Below, piece by piece: positions 38,556-46,433 of a stretch of DNA of 64,000 bases. Below the pieces are notes generated by a model, which had not been told where the DNA came from, did no database searches, and saw only the letters and a program-made list of their open reading frames with translations. The position numbers and the translations under genes were made by a program. Location of the stretch: IMG/VR virus record IMGVR_UViG_3300007515_000005. One strand, written 5' to 3'. How positions within the stretch are numbered: position 1 is the stretch's first letter; each line of letters opens with the position of its first letter. This stretch comes from an uncultured virus (IMG/VR IMGVR_UViG_3300007515_000005) (Duplodnaviria > Heunggongvirae > Uroviricota > Caudoviricetes > Demerecviridae).

Positions 38556-38708
38556 TTAACCTCTGGCTTTTACAACCATGTCACGAATGACAACGAGGTT
38601 ATGAATGTTAGTTCTTTCCAGAGAACCAAAATCAAAGAGGTCAGAATTTTCTGCAATCTCTCTGATAAGGATTTTCTTGGAAGGTCTAACAGTTTTTTCA
38701 TTAACCAT
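38556..38708 (-). CDS. 50-aa mini-protein like the A2 C-terminal half (copy 3)
   Basis: MVNEKTVRPSKKILIREIAENSDLFDFGSLERTNIHNLVVIRDMVVKARG*; SD AAGGAGG. Confidence 0.8.
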   Translation of the reverse strand: MVNEKTVRPSKKILIREIAENSDLFDFGSLERTNIHNLVVIRDMVVKARG

Positions 38709-38721
38709 TTTTTCCTCCTTT

Positions 38722-38844
38722 TTAAAGTCCATTAATAATTAAGTAGATGATACCACCTACCACCAACACATCAGCTGATATTGAATAAACAATATAAGCC
38801 TTGAATAAATATCCGAGTAATTTTTGTAGTTCTTTGTTTTTCAT
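38722..38844 (-). CDS. 40-aa single-TM peptide (copy B), leaderless
   Basis: MKNKELQKLLGYLFKAYIVYSISADVLVVGGIIYLIINGL*. Confidence 0.75.
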   Translation of the reverse strand: MKNKELQKLLGYLFKAYIVYSISADVLVVGGIIYLIINGL

Positions 38845-38929
38845 ATCTCCGATTATACCAGAAGGGGCGAGGATTACAACCCCTAAAATGAAATTAATTT
38901 CTGTATGCGTCAATATGTGTCGCAGGTCT

Positions 38930-38950
38930 AAATGATAATCATTCTCATTT
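38930..38950. promoter_or_regulatory. Fur-box-like palindrome 3
   Basis: AAATGATAATCATTCTCATTT. Confidence 0.75.
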
Positions 38951-38991
38951 GGGGCCCCTTCGGGTGCTGTACAATTTTTAACCAGTGCGGT

Positions 38992-39110
38992 GGTGTGTTA
39001 GTATAGTAACACACCGGCCCTTCGGGTGTGCGGGTGTGTTAGTGAAGTAACACACCGGCTCTTTATAATTTTAATACCTATAATTTTCATACCTGAGTTT
39101 TAATACCTAT
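38992..39110. repeat. Two 24-bp palindromes plus three TTTT(A/C)ATACCT direct repeats; candidate terminus/packaging region
   Basis: GGTGTGTTA-N6-TAACACACC at 38992-39015 and 39033-39056, just upstream of terS. Confidence 0.6.
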
Positions 39111-39276
39111 GGGGTGGGGCGGTTTGTTGACCTGTTTACCTGTGTGGCTCTCCGCACCCCTTCACGCGCAACTTTGGTTTTTTTGAGGAATAAAAAAGAA
39201 GCCGATCATCTTATCATAATGATACCACTAGAAAATATATCTTGACATCTTGCTCATTTTTTAGTATAATATATGC

Positions 39277-39741
39277 ATGAGTACAAATATAGTAACCAAA
39301 ATGAGTCCTGAAGGACTAGAGATAGCAAACAGTTATCTCGAACACGGAAGTATCCCAGCGGTATGCGATAACTTGGGGGTAACAGAAAACCAAGTGACAG
39401 AAGCATTAAATAAAAGAGAAATTAAACAGTACATTGATACTGTATTTTTAGACACAGGATACAGGAATAGATTCAAATTATCAGAAACACTAGATTTATT
39501 GATAGAAAAGAAACTAGAAGAAGCGGAAGAGACTCAAATTTACAGTAATAAAGACATGGCTGATTTATTAGCTATGGCTCATAAAATGAGAATAGAAGAG
39601 CTTAAAGCTCAAACAGAAATGGAAAAAGCTAAAGCTCAAACAGTAAAAACCCAAGTCAATATTCAAGACAATTCAGGCCTTCCTTTTGGTCAGGGTAATT
39701 ACGGAAAATTACTACAAAAACTCATAAAAGAAGATAAATAA
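39277..39741 (+). CDS. terS: Terminase small subunit (T5-like), leaderless
   Basis: SPEGLEIANSYL...KQYIDTVFLDTGYRNR...NYGKLL; promoter at 39242-39270. Confidence 0.8.
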   Translation: MSTNIVTKMSPEGLEIANSYLEHGSIPAVCDNLGVTENQVTEALNKREIKQYIDTVFLDTGYRNRFKLSETLDLLIEKKLEEAEETQIYSNKDMADLLAMAHKMRIEELKAQTEMEKAKAQTVKTQVNIQDNSGLPFGQGNYGKLLQKLIKEDK

Positions 39742-39783
39742 TTTATCAAGGGACGAAAGTCTAAATTATCGGGAGAAAAACCA

Positions 39784-41001
39784 ATGAAACGAATGGCGGT
39801 TGTTGCTGGCCTATTCGCATTTATGTCGTACGGTATCTTAGCGGACCAGACAGGAGACTGTACAGCGGGAGAGCAGTATTGTGAGCAGAATTCATTAGAA
39901 ACTACTAATACTACTACTACCACTAATACAAATACGAATACCAATACGAATACTAACACCAACACGAATACAAACACTAACACAAATACTAATACGAATA
40001 CCAATACTAATACCAACACAAATAACAACACAAATAATAACACTAATACTACAACTACTACAAGCACTTCGACTAATACAAATAATAATGTTAGTTCAGG
40101 TGGTTTGACAAATACTAATACCAACACCAATACAAACACTACTACTACAACAGGAACTAATACTAATACTAACACAAATACTAATACTAGTACCAACAAT
40201 AATACTAATAATAGTACAAGTACTAATACTAATGTAAACACATCAACAGTAAATAGCACTTCAAACAATACAAGTACTAGTAATGTAACTAGTTCAAATA
40301 CAAATAATAATACTAACAATAACACTAATACTAATGTTAATACAAGTACTAGCAATAGCACTTCAAGTAACACTAATACTAATAATAACACTAATACTAG
40401 TACAAGCAATAACACTAATACTAATACTAATGTTAATAAATCGGAGTCAGATTCAAATGTCACTACTGATAATACTAATACCAATAACAATAATTCTGTA
40501 TCAGATAACACTAATAGAAACATTAACGAATCTAACAGTACACAAACTATCAAACAAGAAATTACACAAAAAGCTCCCCCAGCATCAGCAATAGCTCCAA
40601 GTATAATGTCCTATTCACAGGATCTTTGTACTACTGGACGAAGTGGTGCCTTTCAGGGACAGGTTTTTGGTATATCAGGTGGAAGAACTGTCAGAGATAT
40701 GAATTGTGAAAGATTAAAACTTTCCAAGTATCTTTATGATATGGGTATGAAGGTGGCTTCAGTTGCACTACTTTGTCAAGATGTACGAGTTTTCCAAGCT
40801 ATGGAAATGGCTGGAACACCGTGTCCTTACATGGGTGATACTGGCAAGAAAGCTACTGCATCATGGGGAGAAAACCCACAAGAAAGACCAGATTCAAAAG
40901 ATAAGAAATCAGAATTTTTAAAAATTTGCACTAACGAAAGAAATGAAGAAGGTGTAAGAAAATCAAGAGGAACATGTAAGAAAGAATGGAGAAACTTATA
41001 A
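39784..41001 (+). CDS. Exported protein with a long Thr-Asn repeat and a Cys-containing C-terminal domain
   Basis: Signal peptide; about 200 aa of TN/S repeats; C-domain PPASAIAPS...CERLKLS...CQDVRVFQAMEMAGTPCP. Confidence 0.85.
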   Translation: MKRMAVVAGLFAFMSYGILADQTGDCTAGEQYCEQNSLETTNTTTTTNTNTNTNTNTNTNTNTNTNTNTNTNTNTNTNTNNNTNNNTNTTTTTSTSTNTNNNVSSGGLTNTNTNTNTNTTTTTGTNTNTNTNTNTSTNNNTNNSTSTNTNVNTSTVNSTSNNTSTSNVTSSNTNNNTNNNTNTNVNTSTSNSTSSNTNTNNNTNTSTSNNTNTNTNVNKSESDSNVTTDNTNTNNNNSVSDNTNRNINESNSTQTIKQEITQKAPPASAIAPSIMSYSQDLCTTGRSGAFQGQVFGISGGRTVRDMNCERLKLSKYLYDMGMKVASVALLCQDVRVFQAMEMAGTPCPYMGDTGKKATASWGENPQERPDSKDKKSEFLKICTNERNEEGVRKSRGTCKKEWRNL

Positions 41002-41300
41002 AAACAAAAAAATCAATCTTTGAAAGAATTATTTATGATCTACCTGAATGGCTAGTCTCTGGATTAGTCTATGCAATAGGAGTACCACTAATGATTTTAG
41101 TTATGTTTGGGTTACCTAGTTGTGCCCCATTCGAACCTATTCCAGGTTTATGCTATACAGATAAGACAGGTACTTATATATGTATGGACTCAGAAGAACA
41201 TAAAGAAGTAATAGAACAAAGAAAAATCACCGCTAAAGAGAGGTGCCGTGCATGGATAGGCACAGACTGGTGGTTTGAATGTATGAACAATGAAAATTAA
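40986..41300 (+). CDS. Membrane/lipoprotein-like Cys-rich protein
   Basis: TM segment ending GLPSC, then four further Cys. Confidence 0.55.
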   Translation: MEKLIKTKKSIFERIIYDLPEWLVSGLVYAIGVPLMILVMFGLPSCAPFEPIPGLCYTDKTGTYICMDSEEHKEVIEQRKITAKERCRAWIGTDWWFECMNNEN

Positions 41301-43959
41301 ACAAATTTTATATATGTTCGGGTTTGCGACGATGGCTCTTATGGGAGCCTTCTTCGCTAGCCCCGTTCAGGCTCAATATATTTATGAAGCGGATCAAGAT
41401 TTGTATGATTTAACAAGCCATTCAGGTACTACTAATTTAGGGGTAGGAGATGATCAAGTATCTGCTAAGTTTAATTTTGGTTTTGATTTTGAATATTACG
41501 GAAATACTTTTACATTTGCAAGAATGGCAACTAATGGTTGTTTACATTTAGGTTTAACATCTACTAATGGTGCAAACTATTGTGCTGATTATCACCCTGA
41601 CCCCCTCCCCCAATATTCCAACACTCTATTTCCATTTTGGACAGACCTAATTAGAGACAGTGGTTCTAAGATGTTAGCAAAAAATATCTTAGATAGTAAT
41701 AATAATGATCTTTATACTATATTTGGTTGGTACAATTTAAGAGAGTATAATCAAAATAATACTGACAACAGTATTGAAGTATGGTTATATCCCAATGATA
41801 CTTTTGAATTTAGATATGGTGGTTTAGATATAGATAATCATGATGTACTAATTGGAGAGCAGGGTCCTACTAATTCAGATATTTATACTTACATATTTTT
41901 TGATGAATGTAATACAGGAAGTACTAATTCAAGTACTTGTACAAGTTACGATTGGAACAACAGCCAAAATGCTACTAATACTTTATTAGAAGACGGCGGT
42001 TCGTTATATGGTCTAGGTTCAGGTAATGCTATAGATTGTAGTAATCCTTTAAATAATGCGTCTTGTACAGGATATGCTGCAGCTTATTTAGCGCAACAAT
42101 GTGGTATAGATTCTCTATACAGCACTTCTTGTCCTTTATACTGGGAAGCCTATGATGATCAACAATGTGATGACGATCCTCAATATGCTCCTTTTTGTGC
42201 AGGATATACTCAAGAAGCTTCTGTAGCTTATTTTGATACTGAAACTGATTATGGCTATGATGATTATACTAATGATCAATATGGATATGAGGAAGAATAT
42301 GAAGAATATGAAGATATGTATGCAAGTAGTGATTGTTATGATGATCCCAGTTATTGTTATGATGATGACCCTTATGCAGGTATGGACTTTACAGATGAGG
42401 AGTGGTACGCAATAGACTTAGAAGAATTTGGACAAGAAATTGTAGATGAATTGTACGGAGCAGCTGTAGCTTTTACTGAAGACGGTCATATAGAATGGGA
42501 TTCAAGTGAGTTGGAAACATGGGAAGATTTAGAGGAACAGATGGATCAATATGATGAAATTTTTGCATATGAAGATTACGAAGAAGAAATTTTTGTGGAA
42601 GAATTATTTTATGACGAATACGAGCGTACTTCGGATACTATATTCTATGAAGAAGATTATCTTGAAACCGACTATACTTATGCAGAACATGATTTTATTG
42701 AAATTTTTGATGCTCAAGAAATTTTGGAAGAATTTGAATTTTTAACAGTAATAGCTGAAGAATTTGTCGAATACGAAGAAATTCAAGAATGGGAAGAATT
42801 TGAAACCATAGAAGAATTAGAAGAATGGTTTGAAGAAGAAGTAGAAGAATTTATGGAAGAGTACGAAGAAGAATACTATGCAGAAGAAGAAACTTTTGAA
42901 GAAGAACTTTATGCAGAAGAAGTTTTCGAAGAAGAAGCAGTAGAAGAAATTTACGAAGAACTTGAAGAATTAGAAGAAATAGAGCTGCTAGCAGAAGAAG
43001 CGATAGAAGAACCGGTAGAGGAACTAGAAGTAGAATTAGTAGCAAGTAATGAACCTTCAAGCAGCGGAATCAGATCAGAACAATTAAATGTTGTAGCTGA
43101 TTCTGTCAGAGCAGCAACAAATAGTGTAAGTGGCACTACCTCTGGAGTAAGTTCTGCTATTTATGGTTCTTCGTCTCAAACAACAGGAAATACAGTAGCC
43201 TCTGGCGGAATATCGTCAGCAGCTACAGGAGGAGCCGCGTCAGGAGTATCATCAGCAGGTGTTAGTACTACGAGCTCCCCAAGTATTTCAGATCAATTTG
43301 CTAGCGCGTCAGCACAAACACAACAAGTGCTGGCTATGAGCCCAAGTACCGCAGTCTCGAGCGACTTCTCATCGGCGGGAACGGGTCTCACTAGCTCTGC
43401 AGATTCATCAAGTTCAACAGAAAGTATAACAGCAGCAGAAACAACAGCTTCTTCAGATGCTACAGCTTCTGTATCAGTAGGAGAATCAGTAGCTTCAACA
43501 TCAAGTGAAAGTTCTAGTACAGAAGTAACAATTACACCAATGCCTGGCATGACGGGAGGACAACAGGTAGCGATGGTAGATGTACAAGTCGCAGATTTAT
43601 CAAGTGAGATAGATACAGCTTCAACAGGAGTAATGACTGCCTCAGAAGCAGATCAGATCGCAGATGAAATTATTGCGAATAATATAGAACAGCAACAACA
43701 ACAAGTGGCAGCAAGTGCAGAAGAAAGTGGAGAGTATGGAGATCAATCAGCTTTAGTAGCTTTTATTGGTTTTAATCCAAGTTTCACAGGATACTACGAT
43801 AAAACGCTTCCACAAAGAACAGATTGGTATGAGCCTCGAGAAATTTATGCAGACGCAAGAATTTCTGATAACATATCAGCGTTTTATGATATGGCAGGGA
43901 CTAGTTTACGTACTATACAAAGTATGATGAATTCCCAGCCCAATTTATTAGGAGAATAA
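41290..43959 (+). CDS. Large exported protein: NIDO-like N-domain, Cys repeats, extremely acidic core, Ser/Thr-rich region
   Basis: Signal ...ASPVQA; GDDQVS...FGFDFEYYG...TNG...PFWTDL; CxxxxxYxxxC repeats; long Glu/Asp/Tyr-rich tract. Confidence 0.8.
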   Translation: MKIKQILYMFGFATMALMGAFFASPVQAQYIYEADQDLYDLTSHSGTTNLGVGDDQVSAKFNFGFDFEYYGNTFTFARMATNGCLHLGLTSTNGANYCADYHPDPLPQYSNTLFPFWTDLIRDSGSKMLAKNILDSNNNDLYTIFGWYNLREYNQNNTDNSIEVWLYPNDTFEFRYGGLDIDNHDVLIGEQGPTNSDIYTYIFFDECNTGSTNSSTCTSYDWNNSQNATNTLLEDGGSLYGLGSGNAIDCSNPLNNASCTGYAAAYLAQQCGIDSLYSTSCPLYWEAYDDQQCDDDPQYAPFCAGYTQEASVAYFDTETDYGYDDYTNDQYGYEEEYEEYEDMYASSDCYDDPSYCYDDDPYAGMDFTDEEWYAIDLEEFGQEIVDELYGAAVAFTEDGHIEWDSSELETWEDLEEQMDQYDEIFAYEDYEEEIFVEELFYDEYERTSDTIFYEEDYLETDYTYAEHDFIEIFDAQEILEEFEFLTVIAEEFVEYEEIQEWEEFETIEELEEWFEEEVEEFMEEYEEEYYAEEETFEEELYAEEVFEEEAVEEIYEELEELEEIELLAEEAIEEPVEELEVELVASNEPSSSGIRSEQLNVVADSVRAATNSVSGTTSGVSSAIYGSSSQTTGNTVASGGISSAATGGAASGVSSAGVSTTSSPSISDQFASASAQTQQVLAMSPSTAVSSDFSSAGTGLTSSADSSSSTESITAAETTASSDATASVSVGESVASTSSESSSTEVTITPMPGMTGGQQVAMVDVQVADLSSEIDTASTGVMTASEADQIADEIIANNIEQQQQQVAASAEESGEYGDQSALVAFIGFNPSFTGYYDKTLPQRTDWYEPREIYADARISDNISAFYDMAGTSLRTIQSMMNSQPNLLGE

Positions 43960-43960
43960 T

Positions 43961-44311
43961 ATGGAATGGTTTAAATCAGGCGCAGGACAACTAATAGCTT
44001 TAGTAACTATTGTAGGAACTTTAGCAGGATTCGGTTATACTGGTGCAACTTATGTTAATAGACTAGAAAATTTAGAGAAGAAAATAGGAGGAATTGCAGA
44101 AGCAGAAGATAATACTGCTGATCTTGAGAATAGATTTGCTGCAATTGAAACTTCTATTGAGTATATTAATAAAACCTTAGATGAAGGAGTATCGGTTTCA
44201 CTCAAGTCACAATCACAACAACTTGTAGAGGTAAAAACAGCAGTGGCTATTTTACAAACCGATGTAAAGAATCTAAAAGAAGATACAGAAGGGAATCCCC
44301 TTCTCGATTAA
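43961..44311 (+). CDS. N-anchored coiled-coil membrane protein
   Basis: N-terminal TM helix followed by heptad repeats. Confidence 0.65.
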   Translation: MEWFKSGAGQLIALVTIVGTLAGFGYTGATYVNRLENLEKKIGGIAEAEDNTADLENRFAAIETSIEYINKTLDEGVSVSLKSQSQQLVEVKTAVAILQTDVKNLKEDTEGNPLLD

Positions 44312-44414
44312 CAACATCAATACACCAATCGAAAAAAAGTTCTTGACTTTGACTTCGATTTTTGATATAATACAAAAGTGAACATTAAAATTCACAAGAA
44401 ATAGGGCAACTTAC

Positions 44415-44636
44415 ATGGCTGAGGAAATAATAACAGAACACGCAAGGCTTATAGAACTCGATGCAAGACAACGAGAACATGAAGCTATGTGTGAGGAACG
44501 GTGGAAAACTTGTTTTAACCGTTTAGAAACTCTCGATGAGGGTGTTAGCAGACTGGAAACAATTTTAATTGGAGTCGCTGGTACTGTAATTATTGGAGGG
44601 GCAACTGTTTTACTCACGATTTTAACCATGCACTAA
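44415..44636 (+). CDS. Coiled coil + C-terminal TM protein (XhlA/holin-like)
   Basis: HEAMCEERW...RLETILIGVAGTVIIGG; promoter at 44343-44371. Confidence 0.55.
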   Translation: MAEEIITEHARLIELDARQREHEAMCEERWKTCFNRLETLDEGVSRLETILIGVAGTVIIGGATVLLTILTMH

Positions 44637-44647
44637 TAAGGAGAAAT

Positions 44648-45256
44648 ATGAAAAAGATATTAGCATTAATACTAGCCTTGACGGCCACTTCAGCGTTCGC
44701 TGGTGTAAGTGGTGGTATAACCCTAGCTTCTGATTATTTATTCAGAGGCGTTAGCCAGACACAAGGTGATACTGCAGTACAATGGAATTTGGAAGCAGAA
44801 AAAAATGGAGTTTACGGCGGAACTTGGGGTTCTCAAGTAGACTTTGGAGGTGAGGCTTCAATCGAATATGACTTTTACGGAGGTTATAGATGGGAAAATG
44901 ATGCAATAGGTGTAGATGTTGGAATTATCCAATATAACTACAACAATCAAATAGATTCAGTTGAAGAAATGTATGGAATGTTTTCATACAAAATGTTTTC
45001 AGTTGGATACTGGAAAGACAGAGAAAATAGCGATTTAGACTATAAACAAGTTGAAGTTGCTTTACCCTTTGTTGATTTTGCAGATGTTTCCGTTAGAGTT
45101 GGACAACTCGCAAATGACGATAAATATGGTCAAATAGTCATTTCTAAAGAATTGAAAAATGGATTCAATCTTACTTTAGAAGTTATAGATGATATTGATG
45201 ACGCTATACTTCACGATACTAGTGATGTAGCTTTAAGTTTAGGATATACATTCTAA
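44648..45256 (+). CDS. TorF family putative porin (Gcw_chp / TIGR02001-like)
   Basis: Signal peptide; ASDYLFRGVSQT, GTWGSQVDF, EYDFYGGY, DVGIIQYNY; C-terminal YTF. Confidence 0.85.
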   Translation: MKKILALILALTATSAFAGVSGGITLASDYLFRGVSQTQGDTAVQWNLEAEKNGVYGGTWGSQVDFGGEASIEYDFYGGYRWENDAIGVDVGIIQYNYNNQIDSVEEMYGMFSYKMFSVGYWKDRENSDLDYKQVEVALPFVDFADVSVRVGQLANDDKYGQIVISKELKNGFNLTLEVIDDIDDAILHDTSDVALSLGYTF

Positions 45257-45667
45257 ATGGCATATTCGCAAAAAGTAATACAAAGATTTGAAAATGTATT
45301 AAAAAATCCGCAAGCACATAATGTAGGAAGCTTTGATCCAAACGATTCTAATATTGGAACTGGAATGGTCGGAGCTCCTGCTTGTGGAGATGTCATGAGA
45401 CTTCAAATAGAAGTAGAGAATGACGAAATAACAGATGTTAAATTTAAAACTTATGGCTGTGGATCAGCCATAGCAAGTTCAAGTGAGTTAGTTAATTTAC
45501 TAGTGGGCAAAACTCTGAAACAGGCGCAAGACATCACGAATAAACAAATTGCTGAAACACTAAGTCTGCCGCCTATCAAGATTCATTGCTCCATACTTGC
45601 AGAAGAGTCGATAGAAAAGGCTATCGAAGATTATAGGAATAAAAATGGAAAAAGATTATCAAACTAA
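45257..45667 (+). CDS. iscU: Fe-S cluster scaffold IscU
   Basis: GAPACGDVMRLQI, FKTYGCGSAIASS and LPPIKIHCS. Confidence 0.95.
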   Translation: MAYSQKVIQRFENVLKNPQAHNVGSFDPNDSNIGTGMVGAPACGDVMRLQIEVENDEITDVKFKTYGCGSAIASSSELVNLLVGKTLKQAQDITNKQIAETLSLPPIKIHCSILAEESIEKAIEDYRNKNGKRLSN

Positions 45668-45821
45668 AGATCTGAAAGCAGCTAAGCCTAAAAAAGACGG
45701 TCAAATATATCAAGATGGAGACATCTTTAAATTTAACTGGAAAGGAAGCGAATGTGGTTACGCCACTAAAAAAGCCGCAGAAGAAGGACTAAAGAAAGTC
45801 AGTGGAAAAGCTAAAGACTAG
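45645..45821 (+). CDS. Small basic hypothetical protein (58 aa)
   Basis: Manual translation MEKIIKTKDLKAAKPKKDGQIYQDGD...; SD AGGA. Confidence 0.5.
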   Translation: MEKDYQTKDLKAAKPKKDGQIYQDGDIFKFNWKGSECGYATKKAAEEGLKKVSGKAKD

Positions 45822-46041
45822 CATTAAGCAGTTTTGGCTATGGCTTGTATCAAAATTTTTTCCACGATACAAGTTAATTGTCAGCTATAACCATACATGG
45901 GGAGATGCTGATGATGTGGAATATACAGTAAAGAGATTTATTAATAAAAAAGAAAAGTATTTAAGATTTATTACTCATGAAGGAGATAAAGTAGAAATAC
46001 GCGGAGCCGAAGGGTTAAACTATAGGATAGAACAACTATGA
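45802..46041 (+). CDS. Hypothetical protein
   Basis: 79-aa ORF coupled to the spanin gene. Confidence 0.55.
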   Translation: MEKLKTSIKQFWLWLVSKFFPRYKLIVSYNHTWGDADDVEYTVKRFINKKEKYLRFITHEGDKVEIRGAEGLNYRIEQL

Positions 46042-46433
46042 ACCAAATGCTTATGGGAGTACTACTGGTACTAGGAATAGCTAGTTATTGGCTATATAGT
46101 GAAAATGCAACTTTAAAAGCTAATAATTTAGCTTTAGAGGGCGCTATAGCAACTCAAAAAGAAGCTATAGAATCTATGAAAAATGATTTCGAGCTTCAAA
46201 CAACCCAACTCAATGAAATGACAATTAAAAGTCAAGCAGCACAAAGAGAGTTGAATCGATATACACAATTTATTCAGGATTATAAACTTACTGCAAAAGT
46301 TTTAGAAAATCCCGAGGAAATGCAAAGGAAGATAAATAATGGAACAAAACACATATTTGAAGACATTGAAAAGCTTAGTGATACTGTTGACAATCTCGAT
46401 GATGGTCTCCAGTTGCAGCATGCTGGGAACTAA
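46038..46433 (+). CDS. Inner-membrane spanin (Rz-like)
   Basis: N-terminal TM plus coiled coil, overlapping a lipoprotein gene. Confidence 0.7.
   Translation: MNQMLMGVLLVLGIASYWLYSENATLKANNLALEGAIATQKEAIESMKNDFELQTTQLNEMTIKSQAAQRELNRYTQFIQDYKLTAKVLENPEEMQRKINNGTKHIFEDIEKLSDTVDNLDDGLQLQHAGN

Noticed and set aside
34524..38913. Tracked ORFs 34707-34910 extension, 35069-35302, 35687-35965, 36008-36241, 36140-36334, and the N-terminal extensions of 37547-37840 and 38722-38913
   Set aside because: They run through promoters, A-tracts and palindromes; the paralog alignments begin at the downstream ATGs.
34760..39110. CRISPR array or mini-array among the repeats
   Set aside because: The repeats are short, degenerate or widely spaced, with no constant repeat-spacer periodicity and no cas genes in the window.
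39699..40553. 284-aa Val/Leu-rich minus-strand ORF, and 40334-40594 on the plus strand
   Set aside because: Antisense or off-frame shadows of the Thr-Asn repeat; the repeat simply lacks stops in these frames.
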